A stretch of DNA of 64,000 nt from Desulfurellaceae bacterium (GCA_015493995.1 WGCD01000146.1:3772-67771); one strand, 5' to 3'. Numbered from the stretch's first letter, positions 39,354 through 49,446 are shown. The notes: generated from the letters alone by a model not told the origin. Program-made: numbers and translations.

Positions 39354-40655
39354 ATGTTTTGGAATAAAGACAGGGAAACGATGTCCCGTAAGGAGATAGA
39401 AAACCTTCAGGTTGAACTTTTAAAAGAAAAGATAGAGTACGCATACAACAACGTTCCCTTTTACAAAAAAAAGTTCGATGATTTCGGAATAGACAAAAGC
39501 AGCATAAAAACCATTGAGGATATAAGAAAACTGCCCTTTACAACAAAAAACGATTTCAGAGACAACTATCCTTTCGGTCTTTTTGCCACGGATATGAAAC
39601 AGATTGTAAGAATTCACTCATCAAGCGGGACAACCGGAAAACCTACCGTTGTCGGATACACTAAAAACGATTTGGAAACCTGGACAAACCTTATAGCAAG
39701 GATTGCCAAAGCTGCCGGTGTAACAGACGAGGATATCGTCCATATAGCTTTCGGGTACGGATTGTTTACGGGTGGATTCGGGCTGCACTACGGGCTTGAA
39801 AAGATAGGAGCTGCAATTGTTCCGGCATCAAGCGGAAATACAAAAAGGCAAATAATGTTGATAAAAGATTACGGCGCAACCGTTCTTGTTTGCACCCCGA
39901 GCTATGCACTGCATATTGCCGAGGTAGCCAAAGAAAGCGGAATTGACATAGAAAAAGACCTCAAACTGCGCATAGGTATGTTTGGAGCTGAGCCCTGGAG
40001 TGACCAGATGAGGAAGAAAATAGAAGCCGAACTAAATATCAAGGCTTACGATAATTACGGTTTAAGCGAGATTATGGGACCGGGCTTTTCCGGTGAATGC
40101 GAAGAGCAAAACGGTATGCACATCGCAGAAGATAACTTTATAGCCGAGATTATAAATCCAGAAACAGATAAACCGGTTAAAGAGGGAGAGTATGGTGAGC
40201 TTGTTATAACCACTCTAACCAAAGAGGCGCTTCCCGTTTTCAGATATAGGACAAGAGACATAACGAAAATAAGTACAAAACCGTGTTCCTGCGGAAGAAC
40301 GCTTGCAAAGATGTCCAAGCCAATAGGCAGAACAGACGATATGTTGATAATAAGGGGCGTTAACGTGTTTCCGAGCCAGATAGAAGAGGTGCTGTTTAAC
40401 ATAGAAGGAATTTCGCCACACTATCAAATTGTTGTGGATAGAAAGGGCGCTTTGGATGTTGCAACGGTTATGGTGGAGGCAAATGCCAACCTGTTCTTTG
40501 ATGAAATGAAAAAACAGAAGCAATTTTTGGATAATATAAACTACGAATTGAAGAGCGCTTTGGGAATAGATGTAAGCGTAAAACTTGTAGAGCCGCACTC
40601 CATAGAGCGCAGTATGGGCAAAGCAAAAAGGATAATAGACAACAGGAAATTTTAA
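39354..40655 (+). CDS. paaK: Phenylacetate-CoA ligase family (PaaK-like) adenylate-forming enzyme
   Basis: [12 protein letters not shown]-binding motif, YGLSE, ~430-aa PaaK-size protein, C-terminal [10 protein letters not shown]. Confidence 0.85.
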   Translation: MFWNKDRETMSRKEIENLQVELLKEKIEYAYNNVPFYKKKFDDFGIDKSSIKTIEDIRKLPFTTKNDFRDNYPFGLFATDMKQIVRIHSSSGTTGKPTVVGYTKNDLETWTNLIARIAKAAGVTDEDIVHIAFGYGLFTGGFGLHYGLEKIGAAIVPASSGNTKRQIMLIKDYGATVLVCTPSYALHIAEVAKESGIDIEKDLKLRIGMFGAEPWSDQMRKKIEAELNIKAYDNYGLSEIMGPGFSGECEEQNGMHIAEDNFIAEIINPETDKPVKEGEYGELVITTLTKEALPVFRYRTRDITKISTKPCSCGRTLAKMSKPIGRTDDMLIIRGVNVFPSQIEEVLFNIEGISPHYQIVVDRKGALDVATVMVEANANLFFDEMKKQKQFLDNINYELKSALGIDVSVKLVEPHSIERSMGKAKRIIDNRKF

Positions 40656-40657
40656 AA

Positions 40658-41140
40658 ATGGACAGAATGTGGGCTCCCTGGCGCATAGGATATATACTCT
40701 CTGACAAAAAAGAGGACGGGTGCGTGTTTTGTAATGCGTATCGAGCAGATAGCGATAAAAAACATCTGATTTTATTTCGTTCCGAGCACTCATTTATAAT
40801 AATGAACAAATATCCCTACAATGCGGGACACATAATGATTGTTCCAAACAGACACATAGACACATCTTTATCTTTAGGGGCTCAAGAGCAGCTCGATATG
40901 TTCCATATGGTAAACAGAGGTTTGGATGCCCTAAAAAAAGCTCTAAAGCCCGACGGATTTAATCTCGGAATGAATTTGGGCAGGGTTGCAGGAGCCGGTA
41001 TTGACGACCATATACACATTCACATAGTTCCAAGGTGGAGCGGGGATACGAATTTTATGTCAACCGTTGCCGATGTTAAGGTTATATCCGAATCCATAGA
41101 AGAGACGTACGAAAAAATAAAAAAATATTTGGAAGGATAG
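40658..41140 (+). CDS. HIT-superfamily protein (Ap4A phosphorylase / GalT-branch-like)
   Basis: MWAPWR...CVFC, NKYPYNAGHIMIVPNRH, DDHIHIHIVPRWSGDTNFM. Confidence 0.8.
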   Translation: MDRMWAPWRIGYILSDKKEDGCVFCNAYRADSDKKHLILFRSEHSFIIMNKYPYNAGHIMIVPNRHIDTSLSLGAQEQLDMFHMVNRGLDALKKALKPDGFNLGMNLGRVAGAGIDDHIHIHIVPRWSGDTNFMSTVADVKVISESIEETYEKIKKYLEG

Positions 41141-41143
41141 TCT

Positions 41144-41434
41144 ATGAAGATTATAAGAATAGTTTTGATTGTGATAATTTTGGCTCTTTTGGGGCTTTTT
41201 ATACTATACAATAACCAATTTGTAAGCGTAACCTATTTAAGTGTCAAGTTTGAGAATATGCCTCTTTGGCTTGTTGTATTCATATCCGTTTTTATAGGTA
41301 TTTTTATCGGTTGGTTTTTTATGTTCGTTGACGAACTGTCCATAAAAAAAGAGGTTAAAAACAAAAATAGGGAGATAAAAGCCTTAAAAGAAGAGATAGC
41401 GAAACTCAGACAGTTGACAATAACAAAAGAGTAG
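41144..41434 (+). CDS. lapA: LapA-like (DUF1049) small inner-membrane protein
   Basis: Two TM helices plus a C-terminal coiled-coil; sits immediately upstream of a LapB/YciM homolog. Confidence 0.6.
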   Translation: MKIIRIVLIVIILALLGLFILYNNQFVSVTYLSVKFENMPLWLVVFISVFIGIFIGWFFMFVDELSIKKEVKNKNREIKALKEEIAKLRQLTITKE

Positions 41435-41438
41435 CACT

Positions 41439-42587
41439 ATGCATCTGAATATAGATTTCATAAATACTTTTTTAGGATATCACTATACTTTTTTTGTTGT
41501 TTTATTTGCGTTTTTGTTGGGAATCCTCTTTTCTTATGTCTGGTTTTTGGGTAAAAACAAGAAGGATAACTTCGATAAAAAGAAACTCGAAAGCTATGTC
41601 AAGGGTATAAACTACATAATTGAAGACGACACCGATAAAGCAATAGAAGAATTCACAGAAACCGCCAAACTTGACCCGGATTTAATAGATATTTATGTAA
41701 GTATCGGCAATCTTTTCAGAAAAAAGGGAGAGATAAACAGAGCTTTGATTATACATAAAAGTCTTATGGTCAGACCCCATCTTAACAAACAGACAAAGCT
41801 AAAACTATACATAAACATAGGTGTTGACTACAGGAAAGCAGGGCTCTATGACAGGGCTAAGGAGTACTTCAAGAACGCTTTGTCCATCGATCCGAAAAAT
41901 CAGCAGGCGAAAAAATTGCTCTATGAGGTTTATGAGGATTCGAAGGATTGGGAAAACGCTCTGGTGTGGTATAAAAGATTTTCAAAGGGCGATGAGCACA
42001 GACTTGCACATATCCTGACCGAAATAGGTAAAGAGAAGTTAAAAGAAAACGATTTAAGTCAAGCAAAAAAAAGTTTTGAGAAAGCATTGAAAATATATGA
42101 CGATTGTATTGACGCCCGTTTAAAACTCGGAGACGTTTTTATGGGTATGGGCGATATTGACAAAGCTTATAAACAGTGGGAGCAGGTTTGTAAGATAAAC
42201 CCTGGACTAACGGATGTTGCTTTATCGAAAATAAACGACATAGAGGCATTGAAAAAGGTTATTAAAAATCTTCTTGTTTTATTTCCCGACAATAGATACA
42301 TACTGTTTTTTTGTGCCAACCACCTGTTTAATATAAACGAAAAGAAAAAATCCCTGTCTTTATACAAAAAACTCATAAAAATCGGTGTAAAGCCCGAGTC
42401 CGTTTTTAAAAAATTTATACAGATTGAAAGGGATAGAATGCCGGACTTTATTCTGGAATTTATAGATGAAGAGCAGGACAGATATACCAGATATACCTGC
42501 ACAAATTGCGGATATTCAACGCATAATCACTTTTTTTTATGCCCCAAGTGCAGACAGTGGGATAAGGTAAAAGTGGAGATACTGTAA
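41439..42587 (+). CDS. lapB: Lipopolysaccharide assembly protein B (LapB/YciM): TM anchor, TPR repeats, C-terminal rubredoxin-like zinc finger
   Basis: N-terminal TM, multiple TPR units, C-terminal CTNCGYSTHNHFFLCPKCRQW. Confidence 0.78.
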   Translation: MHLNIDFINTFLGYHYTFFVVLFAFLLGILFSYVWFLGKNKKDNFDKKKLESYVKGINYIIEDDTDKAIEEFTETAKLDPDLIDIYVSIGNLFRKKGEINRALIIHKSLMVRPHLNKQTKLKLYINIGVDYRKAGLYDRAKEYFKNALSIDPKNQQAKKLLYEVYEDSKDWENALVWYKRFSKGDEHRLAHILTEIGKEKLKENDLSQAKKSFEKALKIYDDCIDARLKLGDVFMGMGDIDKAYKQWEQVCKINPGLTDVALSKINDIEALKKVIKNLLVLFPDNRYILFFCANHLFNINEKKKSLSLYKKLIKIGVKPESVFKKFIQIERDRMPDFILEFIDEEQDRYTRYTCTNCGYSTHNHFFLCPKCRQWDKVKVEIL

Positions 42588-43163
42588 ATGCTGTATGCTT
42601 TAGAGGGAATATTAAGCAGCAAAGAGAGCCTTTTTGTTGTGGTCAATGTAAAAGGCATTATGTTTAGGGTTTTTATACCATTATCAACCTATGTGAAGCT
42701 GCCGAGCGAGGGTAGTATCTGCAAACTTTTCACAGAGACGATTATCGGTGAGAAAATGGTAAGACTGTATGGATTTTACACCGTTGAAGAGAAGAATCTT
42801 TTTAATGCCCTCAGAAAAATATCCAAGATAGGTCCTCAAACTGCCATCTCCGTTTTATCGAGTCTTTCGATAGAGCAATTTTATCAAGCCGTATCAAATA
42901 AGGATGAAAAAATATTAACAACCGTTCCCGGCATAGGGAAGAAAACGGCTCTGTCCATAATTGTTGAGTTTGCATCAAAATTACCCGAGCAGGAAAGCTT
43001 TGACAGAATAGTCTATGACGCCATAGAGGTTCTTGAGAATATGGGCTTTCCGAAATCACACTCCGTTAATGTGGTAAAGACAGTATATGAACAAAACCCT
43101 GCAATCTCTTTGGAAGACTTAATAAAAGAGTCTTTGAGAATTTCAAAGAAAAATGTCCGTTAA
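42588..43163 (+). CDS. ruvA: Holliday junction DNA helicase subunit RuvA
   Basis: OB-fold N-terminus (LEGIL...VVVNVKGIMFRVFIP), HhH motifs (IGPQTAISVLS; VPGIGKKTA). No ruvB follows. Confidence 0.85.
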   Translation: MLYALEGILSSKESLFVVVNVKGIMFRVFIPLSTYVKLPSEGSICKLFTETIIGEKMVRLYGFYTVEEKNLFNALRKISKIGPQTAISVLSSLSIEQFYQAVSNKDEKILTTVPGIGKKTALSIIVEFASKLPEQESFDRIVYDAIEVLENMGFPKSHSVNVVKTVYEQNPAISLEDLIKESLRISKKNVR

Positions 43164-44469
43164 AATTTACAGCGTAGCACAAATAACTAAACTTATTAAG
43201 GATATTCTTGAGGCGAACTTTTACGGCATATGGGTAGAGGGAGAGATATCGTCTCTGCGTTACTCCTCAACGGGGCACTTATACTTTTCGCTTGTGGACG
43301 AGAAGGCATCTTTGGGTGTGATTGTCTATAAAAACAGACTCAAAAATATACGGTTCGAACTAAAAAACGGTATGAAAGTCGTTCTTTTTGGTTCTTTGAG
43401 CCTGTATCTAAAAGGTGGCGAGTATCGAATCGTTGCAGAGCATATAAGACTTTCTGGAGCGGGAAAGAAGTTCTACGATTTAGAGAAGCTGAAACAGGAA
43501 TTTAAACAACAAGGGTATTTCGACAGAAAAAGAGCTGTTCCGCCATATCCAAGAAAAGTTATCGTGATAACAAGCCCTACAGGAGCAGCTGTTCAGGATA
43601 TAATCAATATTATAAAAAGAAGGGGAGCAGGAGTTGATATTTATATATATCCCGTAAGTGTTCAGGGAGAAACCGCCAAAGAATCTATTTTAAAGGCGTT
43701 TAAAGAGATAAACAAAATCGATAAAGCCGATATGGTTGTGCTTGCAAGAGGAGGCGGTTCCAATGAAGATTTATGGATATTCAACGACCCAGATATTGCA
43801 AAAGGATTTTTCGATGTAAAATTTCCTACAATCAGTGCAGTAGGGCACGAAACAGACTTTACACTGTGTGATTTTGTTGCGGATTTAAGGGCTGAAACTC
43901 CGTCTGCTGCTGCCGAACTGATTACGAAATCAAAGGTTGAGATGCTGGAAAACATAAAAAAATTCAAACGCATCCTCGGGCTGAATATGCAAAGAATTTT
44001 AAACAATAACAATAGGCAGCTTACACTATATTCCAAAGTGAGATTTCGCTTGAGGATTGACGGTTTTATCGGCAACAGGATTTTGTATTTAGACAATCTC
44101 GAACAGAAAATAAACTCATCTGTGTTAAATAAAATAGCCTCAAAAAAATCGCAAATTCAGAAGCACTTGAACGTAATAGTCGGAAATTCACCCTCAACAA
44201 AACTAAAAACGATAAAACATAAAACGGAGTTGTTTCAGTTTAAAATCGAAGAAAAGATTAAATTAATACTGGAAAACGGAAGAAGAGATTTAGATGGTTA
44301 CACCTATAAGCTGACATCGTTAAATCCCGAAAATATTCTAAAAAGAGGCTACACGATAACAACCGATACGCAGGGCAAACCGTTGAAGTCGGTTAATGAA
44401 GCAAAGAAAAACGATTGTATAATCACACGCTTTTTTGACGGTAGTATAAAATCGACAATAAAAAACTAA
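43153..44469 (+). CDS. xseA: Exodeoxyribonuclease VII large subunit
   Basis: YSVAQITKLIKDILE...WVEGEISS OB-fold N-terminus, ITSPTGAAVQDI, ARGGGS, SAVGHETDFT. Confidence 0.92.
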   Translation: MSVKIYSVAQITKLIKDILEANFYGIWVEGEISSLRYSSTGHLYFSLVDEKASLGVIVYKNRLKNIRFELKNGMKVVLFGSLSLYLKGGEYRIVAEHIRLSGAGKKFYDLEKLKQEFKQQGYFDRKRAVPPYPRKVIVITSPTGAAVQDIINIIKRRGAGVDIYIYPVSVQGETAKESILKAFKEINKIDKADMVVLARGGGSNEDLWIFNDPDIAKGFFDVKFPTISAVGHETDFTLCDFVADLRAETPSAAAELITKSKVEMLENIKKFKRILGLNMQRILNNNNRQLTLYSKVRFRLRIDGFIGNRILYLDNLEQKINSSVLNKIASKKSQIQKHLNVIVGNSPSTKLKTIKHKTELFQFKIEEKIKLILENGRRDLDGYTYKLTSLNPENILKRGYTITTDTQGKPLKSVNEAKKNDCIITRFFDGSIKSTIKN

Positions 44470-44476
44470 ATAAGAA

Positions 44477-44509
44477 AGCGAAAAAGGACTAAAAAAGCCC
44501 CTTTTCGCT
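44477..44509. terminator. Hairpin between convergent xseA and sdhB (probable bidirectional terminator)
   Basis: AGCGAAAAAGG-(11 nt)-CCCCTTTTCGCT; an imperfect ~10-bp stem with a one-base bulge, flanked by A/T runs. Confidence 0.45.
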
Positions 44510-44518
44510 AAGAAAAGA

Positions 44519-45241
44519 TTAGTATGTTCTTTTCAGAATCTCTTTTTGCAGCATTCCAATTGCTTTTGTCGGATTGAGTTCTTTCGGGCAAGCGCTGATA
44601 CAGTTCAATATGGTGTGGCATCTCCAAACGCCGTGTATATTATTAACCGCATCCAATCTCTCGTCAGAACCCTCATCCCTTGTATCAAAGACAAACCTTG
44701 CAGCATTTATCATAGCTGACGGTCCGAGATAGTCAGGGTCAGCCCAGTATGACGGACAGGAGCTTGAACAGCATCCGCACAGGATGCACTCATAAAGACC
44801 GTTTAGCCTCTCCCTGTCTTCGATGCTTTGAAGTCTTTCCCTTCCCGGAGGCGGATTTTTCTCAATGAGGTAGGGCTTAACCACATAATATTTGTTAAAG
44901 AAATCTTCAAAGTCGCAAACAAGGTCTTTAATTATGGGGAATCCCGGAAGCGGTTTTATGACCAAAACGTTTGAGTTGTAGTCTTCAATATGAGACATAC
45001 AGGAAACGGTATTTACACCGTTAATGTTCATACCGTCAGAACCGCAAACGCCTTCACGGCAGCTTCTTCTGTATGTAAGACTAGGATCCTGCTCCCATTT
45101 TATCTGGTTTAAGCCTGTTAAAACCATCATTCCTTCTCTTCTTATTTCTACCTCATAATCCTTATAGTAGGGAGCTTTGTCTTTTTCCGGGTCATATCTG
45201 AAAATCTTAAATACTACTTTATCTCCAACATGTAAAGCCAT
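44519..45241 (-). CDS. sdhB: Succinate dehydrogenase / fumarate reductase iron-sulfur subunit
   Basis: 2Fe-2S CREGVCGSDG...C, 4Fe-4S CILCGCCSSSCP, 3Fe-4S CHTILNCISACP clusters. Confidence 0.93.
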   Translation of the reverse strand: MALHVGDKVVFKIFRYDPEKDKAPYYKDYEVEIRREGMMVLTGLNQIKWEQDPSLTYRRSCREGVCGSDGMNINGVNTVSCMSHIEDYNSNVLVIKPLPGFPIIKDLVCDFEDFFNKYYVVKPYLIEKNPPPGRERLQSIEDRERLNGLYECILCGCCSSSCPSYWADPDYLGPSAMINAARFVFDTRDEGSDERLDAVNNIHGVWRCHTILNCISACPKELNPTKAIGMLQKEILKRTY

Positions 45242-45256
45242 CTGTTCTCCCCCTTT

Positions 45257-47071
45257 TTAATAAACTCTCTTCTTAGGCTGGAAGGTTGGAGCCGTAAGAG
45301 GTTTCTGTCTAACAGGTTTATATTCCGTCACTACGCTTCCATCCTCTTTCCAGTAAGCAGCAGTGTGCAACATCCAGTTAGCATCATCCCTTTCGGGATA
45401 GTCGTCTCTGTAATGAGCTCCCCTGCTTTCTTTTCTGTTATATGCCGCAACCGTTTCTATCTTTGATACATACAGCATATTTTCCAAATCGAAGTATTCG
45501 CAAAGTTCCGTATTGAATACTTTACTTTTATCAGACAAACCGACTTTTTTGAATTTCTCGAAGTATTCATCCAGTCTTGCAAGCTGCCTTGTCAATCCTT
45601 CCTCTATCCTGAAGACCGACATATCAGCCTGCATCGTATCCTGGAGGTCTTCCCAAATTTCATCCATCTTAACCGTTCCTTCAGGACCGTCAAACAGCTC
45701 GTTAAGTTTATCCATAACATCTTTTGCATACTTATCAGCAACAAACTCTTCAGGAGGATTCGGGAATGTAGGATGCTCGTCCAAAATCCATCTTGCGGCG
45801 TGTCTTCCGGCTTCTTTGCCTGTAATGACCAAGTCAAGCAGTGAGTTGCAGCCGAGTCTGTTTGCTCCGTGCAATGAACCGCATCCAACCTCGCCGGCAG
45901 CATATAATCCGGGAATTGGAACCTCTTTATTATCTTTATCCCAATCAACCACCTGACCGTGTATATTTGTGGGTATTCCGCCCATATGGTAGTGAGCCGT
46001 AGGTTGAACAGGAATCGGGTCTTTTGTACAGTCAACACCGACAAATTTATATGCAAGTTCCCAAATGCCCGGCAGTTTGTCCATAATGAAGTCTTTACCG
46101 AGATGGTCGAGTTTTAGAAGAACGTGGTCTTTTTTAGGACCGACACCGCGGCCCTCTCTAATCTCTGTTGCCATACCTCTTGAAACAACATCGCGGGATG
46201 CAAGGTCAAGAACGTGAGGAGCGTATTTTTTCATAAACCTTTCACCCTGAGCGTTAAGCAAGTATCCGCCTTCGCCTCTAACGCCCTCTGTAATCAAGTT
46301 TCCGACGCCGTAAATTCCTGTCGGGTGAAACTGAACAAATTCAGGGTCTTTTATGGGGATACCGGCTTGTGCGCACAGCTTCCAGCCAATACCGGTGTTA
46401 ACATGCGCATTGGTGTTTGTTCTGAAGTTTCTCGTGTTACCGCCTGAGGCAAGTATGGTAGCATATGCAAAGAAGATGTGAACGCCTCCGTTAACCATAT
46501 CCCAGGCTACAACACCCATAACGGTGCCCTCTTCGTTTCTTAAAAGCTTCAGTGCGTAATATTCTGAATAGTAGCTGACATACTGAACAATATCTGGTCT
46601 CAATGTTCTTTCGAACAGTGTATGGACTATAGCGTGCCCTGACCTGTCTGCAACAGCCGTAGCTCTGTGAGCAATGGACTCACCGAAGTTTCTTGTCTGT
46701 CCGCCGAAAGCCCTTTGATAAGCTGTGCCTTTCTCTGTTCTTGAAAAAGGCATTCCCCAGTGCTCAAGCTCAATAATCGTTTTTGGTGCGTTCTTTGTAA
46801 AAAACTCCATTGCGTCCTGGTCGCCTATGTAGTCACCGCCTTTTACGGTGTCGTACATATGCCAAATCCAGTAGTCCTCATCCATATTTGCCAAAGCAGC
46901 ATTGATGCCGCCTTGAGCCGAAACCGTATGAGACCTTGTCGGATAAACCTCGGATATAACAGCCGTTTTTAACCCTGCCATACCCGTCTGAACGGCTGCA
47001 GCCATACCGGCTCCACCAGCTCCGACTATAACAACATCAAATTCTTCTATTCTAACACTTATATCTGCCAT
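45257..47071 (-). CDS. sdhA: Succinate dehydrogenase / fumarate reductase flavoprotein subunit
   Basis: VVIVGAGGAGMAAA FAD fold, RSHTVSAQGG (covalent-FAD His), FHPTG, RGEGG, HYHMGG, SLHGANRLG. Confidence 0.96.
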   Translation of the reverse strand: MADISVRIEEFDVVIVGAGGAGMAAAVQTGMAGLKTAVISEVYPTRSHTVSAQGGINAALANMDEDYWIWHMYDTVKGGDYIGDQDAMEFFTKNAPKTIIELEHWGMPFSRTEKGTAYQRAFGGQTRNFGESIAHRATAVADRSGHAIVHTLFERTLRPDIVQYVSYYSEYYALKLLRNEEGTVMGVVAWDMVNGGVHIFFAYATILASGGNTRNFRTNTNAHVNTGIGWKLCAQAGIPIKDPEFVQFHPTGIYGVGNLITEGVRGEGGYLLNAQGERFMKKYAPHVLDLASRDVVSRGMATEIREGRGVGPKKDHVLLKLDHLGKDFIMDKLPGIWELAYKFVGVDCTKDPIPVQPTAHYHMGGIPTNIHGQVVDWDKDNKEVPIPGLYAAGEVGCGSLHGANRLGCNSLLDLVITGKEAGRHAARWILDEHPTFPNPPEEFVADKYAKDVMDKLNELFDGPEGTVKMDEIWEDLQDTMQADMSVFRIEEGLTRQLARLDEYFEKFKKVGLSDKSKVFNTELCEYFDLENMLYVSKIETVAAYNRKESRGAHYRDDYPERDDANWMLHTAAYWKEDGSVVTEYKPVRQKPLTAPTFQPKKRVY

Positions 47072-47091
47072 TACTAAAAGCCTCCTTTTAA

Positions 47092-47463
47092 TTAACCCTT
47101 AAACGGTAGGATTGTTATGGCTGCCAAAACCAGATACAAAATACCTACGATCCAGAAGAAGCCTTTCCAGAAAACTCTCCATCCTGAATGAACGTAGTCC
47201 TCAATTACCATAAAAATACCGTTTATACCATGATAAAGGGCAAAAACAACAAAGGTCAAATCAAACAATTTCCAACCTGTTGAAGCCAATCTTGCGGAAA
47301 CAGTTTGATAATCGATTTGAACACCTGTGAAGTGTTCAATAAAGAAGTGCCCCAAAAGCAGAACCAATAAAGCAGCACCGGAAACTCTCTGAAACAGCCA
47401 ATTCCACTCGCCGCTCTTGCCGCTTCCTTGATATCTATCTATGAAACCTCTCATGTACATCAT
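47092..47463 (-). CDS. sdhD: Succinate dehydrogenase / fumarate reductase membrane anchor subunit (second)
   Basis: Three-TM 123-aa protein with a His-containing helix (LLGHFFIEH; ALYHGINGIF), between sdhC and sdhA. Confidence 0.7.
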   Translation of the reverse strand: MMYMRGFIDRYQGSGKSGEWNWLFQRVSGAALLVLLLGHFFIEHFTGVQIDYQTVSARLASTGWKLFDLTFVVFALYHGINGIFMVIEDYVHSGWRVFWKGFFWIVGILYLVLAAITILPFKG

Positions 47464-47485
47464 TTTAGATAATACCTCCTCCTAT

Positions 47486-47863
47486 TTAAAGGTACATAAA
47501 CATAGGAATTGCGCCTGCCACAAAGACAATTGCAAAAATTACCCAGAAAATCCAAACGTTTCCTTTATAGTTGCTTCTTTCCGCTGCACCTGCAAAATTA
47601 ACCAAAATTACCCTTAAACCGTTAACGGCATGATAGGATGCAACAAGCCACAACCCTATTTCCGCAAGTTTAAATATAGGATTCTCGACTGCCTTCATTG
47701 TTGCATCGAACGTGTTCGGGTTTTGAAGAGTTGCAATAACCCACTGGTGCAAAAACAGATAAAGAATGAGCAATAAGCCGGTTATTCTGTGAAACAGCCA
47801 TGCAACAAAACCCTCATGCCACTTGTACTGAATATGATGCGGATGTCCTCTATACCAATCCAT
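47486..47863 (-). CDS. sdhC: Succinate dehydrogenase / fumarate reductase cytochrome b subunit (first membrane anchor)
   Basis: Three-TM 125-aa protein (FHRITGLLLILYLFLH; SYHAVNGLRV); first gene of the sdhCDAB order. Confidence 0.7.
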   Translation of the reverse strand: MDWYRGHPHHIQYKWHEGFVAWLFHRITGLLLILYLFLHQWVIATLQNPNTFDATMKAVENPIFKLAEIGLWLVASYHAVNGLRVILVNFAGAAERSNYKGNVWIFWVIFAIVFVAGAIPMFMYL

Positions 47864-47872
47864 AGTGCTCTC

Positions 47873-47902
47873 GGTTATACCAAATCGATTAAAGGTATAA
47901 CC
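47873..47902 (-). promoter_or_regulatory. Perfect 9-bp stem-loop in the sdhC 5' leader, between an AGGAGG element and the start codon
   Basis: mRNA sense: AAAGGAGG-UUGA-GGUUAUACC-(12 nt)-GGUAUAACC-GAGAGCACU-AUG. Confidence 0.5.
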
Positions 47903-47929
47903 TCAACCTCCTTTCTAAAAATTTTTCTA

Positions 47930-47958
47930 ACTTTACTACTAAATTAAGTATTTGTCAA
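47930..47958 (-). promoter_or_regulatory. Putative sigma70-type promoter of sdhCDAB (-35 TTGACA / 17 nt / -10 TAAAGT)
   Basis: Minus-strand hexamers at 47958..47953 and 47935..47930, immediately downstream of the fumarase terminator hairpin. Confidence 0.5.
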
Positions 47959-47960
47959 CA

Positions 47961-48004
47961 AACTACGAGCCAATCCGAAATTGTAGTTAGATTGACTCGT
48001 AGTT
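47961..48004 (-). terminator. Long hairpin after the fumarase beta-subunit gene (terminator, attenuator or protein-binding palindrome)
   Basis: 15-bp stem with one mismatch (AACTACGAGCCAATC / GATTGACTCGTAGTT) and a 14-nt loop. Starts 6 nt after the stop codon. The trailing U-tract is weak (UUUGUU). Confidence 0.5.
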
Positions 48005-48010
48005 ATAAAC

Positions 48011-48568
48011 CTATAATTTATTAGCCCACTCTTTTTTAGCCATCTCGTATAGGTCGTTTCCATAAGAGTCGAAACAAACAAAGAGAGGCATATTTTCAAC
48101 CTCAAGTTTTCTTACAGCTTCAGGTCCCAGTTCGGGATAGGCTATAATTTCAGCTTTTTTTACCGAACTGCCCACAACTGCAGCAGCCCCGCCAATCGAA
48201 GCAAAATAACAAGCCTTATATTTGGCACAAGCTTCTTTGACCTCGTCGCTCATCTTACCCTTGCCAATCATACCCTTTTGTCCCAAAGCGATTAATTTTG
48301 GTGCAAAAGGATTCATTCTGTAGCTTGTAGTCGGTCCTGCCGAACCTATGGGCTTTCCGGGTCTTGCCGGTGAGGGTCCTACGTAGTAGATTACCTGTCC
48401 CTTAACATCAAACGGAAGCTCTTTGCCTTCTTCCAAAGCCTTCACCATTCTCATATGGGCGGCGTCCCTTGCAGTGTATAACACACCCGAAAGATAGACC
48501 GTGTCCCCGGCTTTCAACTTCATAATATCTTCATCGCTCAATGGCGTAGTCAATCTGTATTCTGCCAT
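48011..48568 (-). CDS. fumB: Class I (Fe-S) fumarate hydratase, beta (C-terminal domain) subunit
   Basis: LKAGDTVYLSGVLYTARDAAH, GPTTSYRM, IGKG motifs of the TtdB/FumA C-terminal family. Confidence 0.9.
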   Translation of the reverse strand: MAEYRLTTPLSDEDIMKLKAGDTVYLSGVLYTARDAAHMRMVKALEEGKELPFDVKGQVIYYVGPSPARPGKPIGSAGPTTSYRMNPFAPKLIALGQKGMIGKGKMSDEVKEACAKYKACYFASIGGAAAVVGSSVKKAEIIAYPELGPEAVRKLEVENMPLFVCFDSYGNDLYEMAKKEWANKL

Positions 48569-48579
48569 ATTCCACTCCT

Positions 48580-49428
48580 TTAAAGCTCTATCTCTTTATG
48601 CCTGTTGACGTGACAAGCCGTGTTGATAGCCAAAGGCAATGTTGCTATGTGACAAGGCTCCATCTCTATATGAACAGCCAAAGCTGTTGTCAAACCACCC
48701 AAACCGGCGGGGCCAACACCCGAATTGTTTATCTTTGTGAGTATCTCCTGCTCCATATCAGCCAAAACCGGGTCGGGGCTCGGTTCTCCCACTTTCCTCA
48801 ATGTTGCGTGTTTAGCCATAACAGCACATCTTTCAAAGTCAGCACCTATTCCAACACCCACTATGGTTGGCGGGCATGGGTTTGGTCCTGCCTGAATCAT
48901 CCAGTCAACGACCGTTTTAACTATTCCCTCTCTTCCGTCGGCAGGCTTCATCATCTGAACCTTGCTCATTGATTCGCTGCCGCCGCCTTTTGCGTCAAAT
49001 ATCAATCTGACTTTGTCTCCTGGAACGACAAATGTGTGGACTATGGCAGGTAGATTATTGCCGTAATTCTCTCTCGTTAGAGGGTTGCAGGATGATTTTC
49101 TTAAATATCCGTCTTTATACGCCCTTTCAACGCCGTTATTTATTGCATCCACCACATACCCGTCAACAAAGTGTACATCCTGTCCTACCTCCATAAATAT
49201 AACTCCGAGACCGGTATCCTGACAAAGAGGAAACTCCTCTTTTGATGACACCTCTATGTTCTGGAAAATGGTCTCCAAAACCTTTTTGGCCACTTCTGAT
49301 TTTTCTTTTTCATAAGCCTTTTTCTCAGCCTCAAGCACATCTTCGGGTATATGGTAGGCAGCATCCAAAGCAAGCTTATAGATGGCTTCTTCTACATCCT
49401 TTACACTAACATTTCTTATTTCAGACAT
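48580..49428 (-). CDS. fumA: Class I (Fe-S) fumarate hydratase, alpha (N-terminal domain) subunit
   Basis: PLCQDTG, KGGGSE, PCPP..VGVGIGA, CH..TLP strings of the TtdA/FumA N-terminal family. Confidence 0.9.
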   Translation of the reverse strand: MSEIRNVSVKDVEEAIYKLALDAAYHIPEDVLEAEKKAYEKEKSEVAKKVLETIFQNIEVSSKEEFPLCQDTGLGVIFMEVGQDVHFVDGYVVDAINNGVERAYKDGYLRKSSCNPLTRENYGNNLPAIVHTFVVPGDKVRLIFDAKGGGSESMSKVQMMKPADGREGIVKTVVDWMIQAGPNPCPPTIVGVGIGADFERCAVMAKHATLRKVGEPSPDPVLADMEQEILTKINNSGVGPAGLGGLTTALAVHIEMEPCHIATLPLAINTACHVNRHKEIEL

Positions 49429-49446
49429 AGCAGCTTCCTTAATATT

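Noticed and set aside
40215-40809. 192-aa and 113-aa minus-strand ORFs.
   Set aside because: They are antisense to the paaK 3' end and the HIT gene. They are Cys/Phe/Tyr-rich nonsense composition and conflict with well-supported genes.
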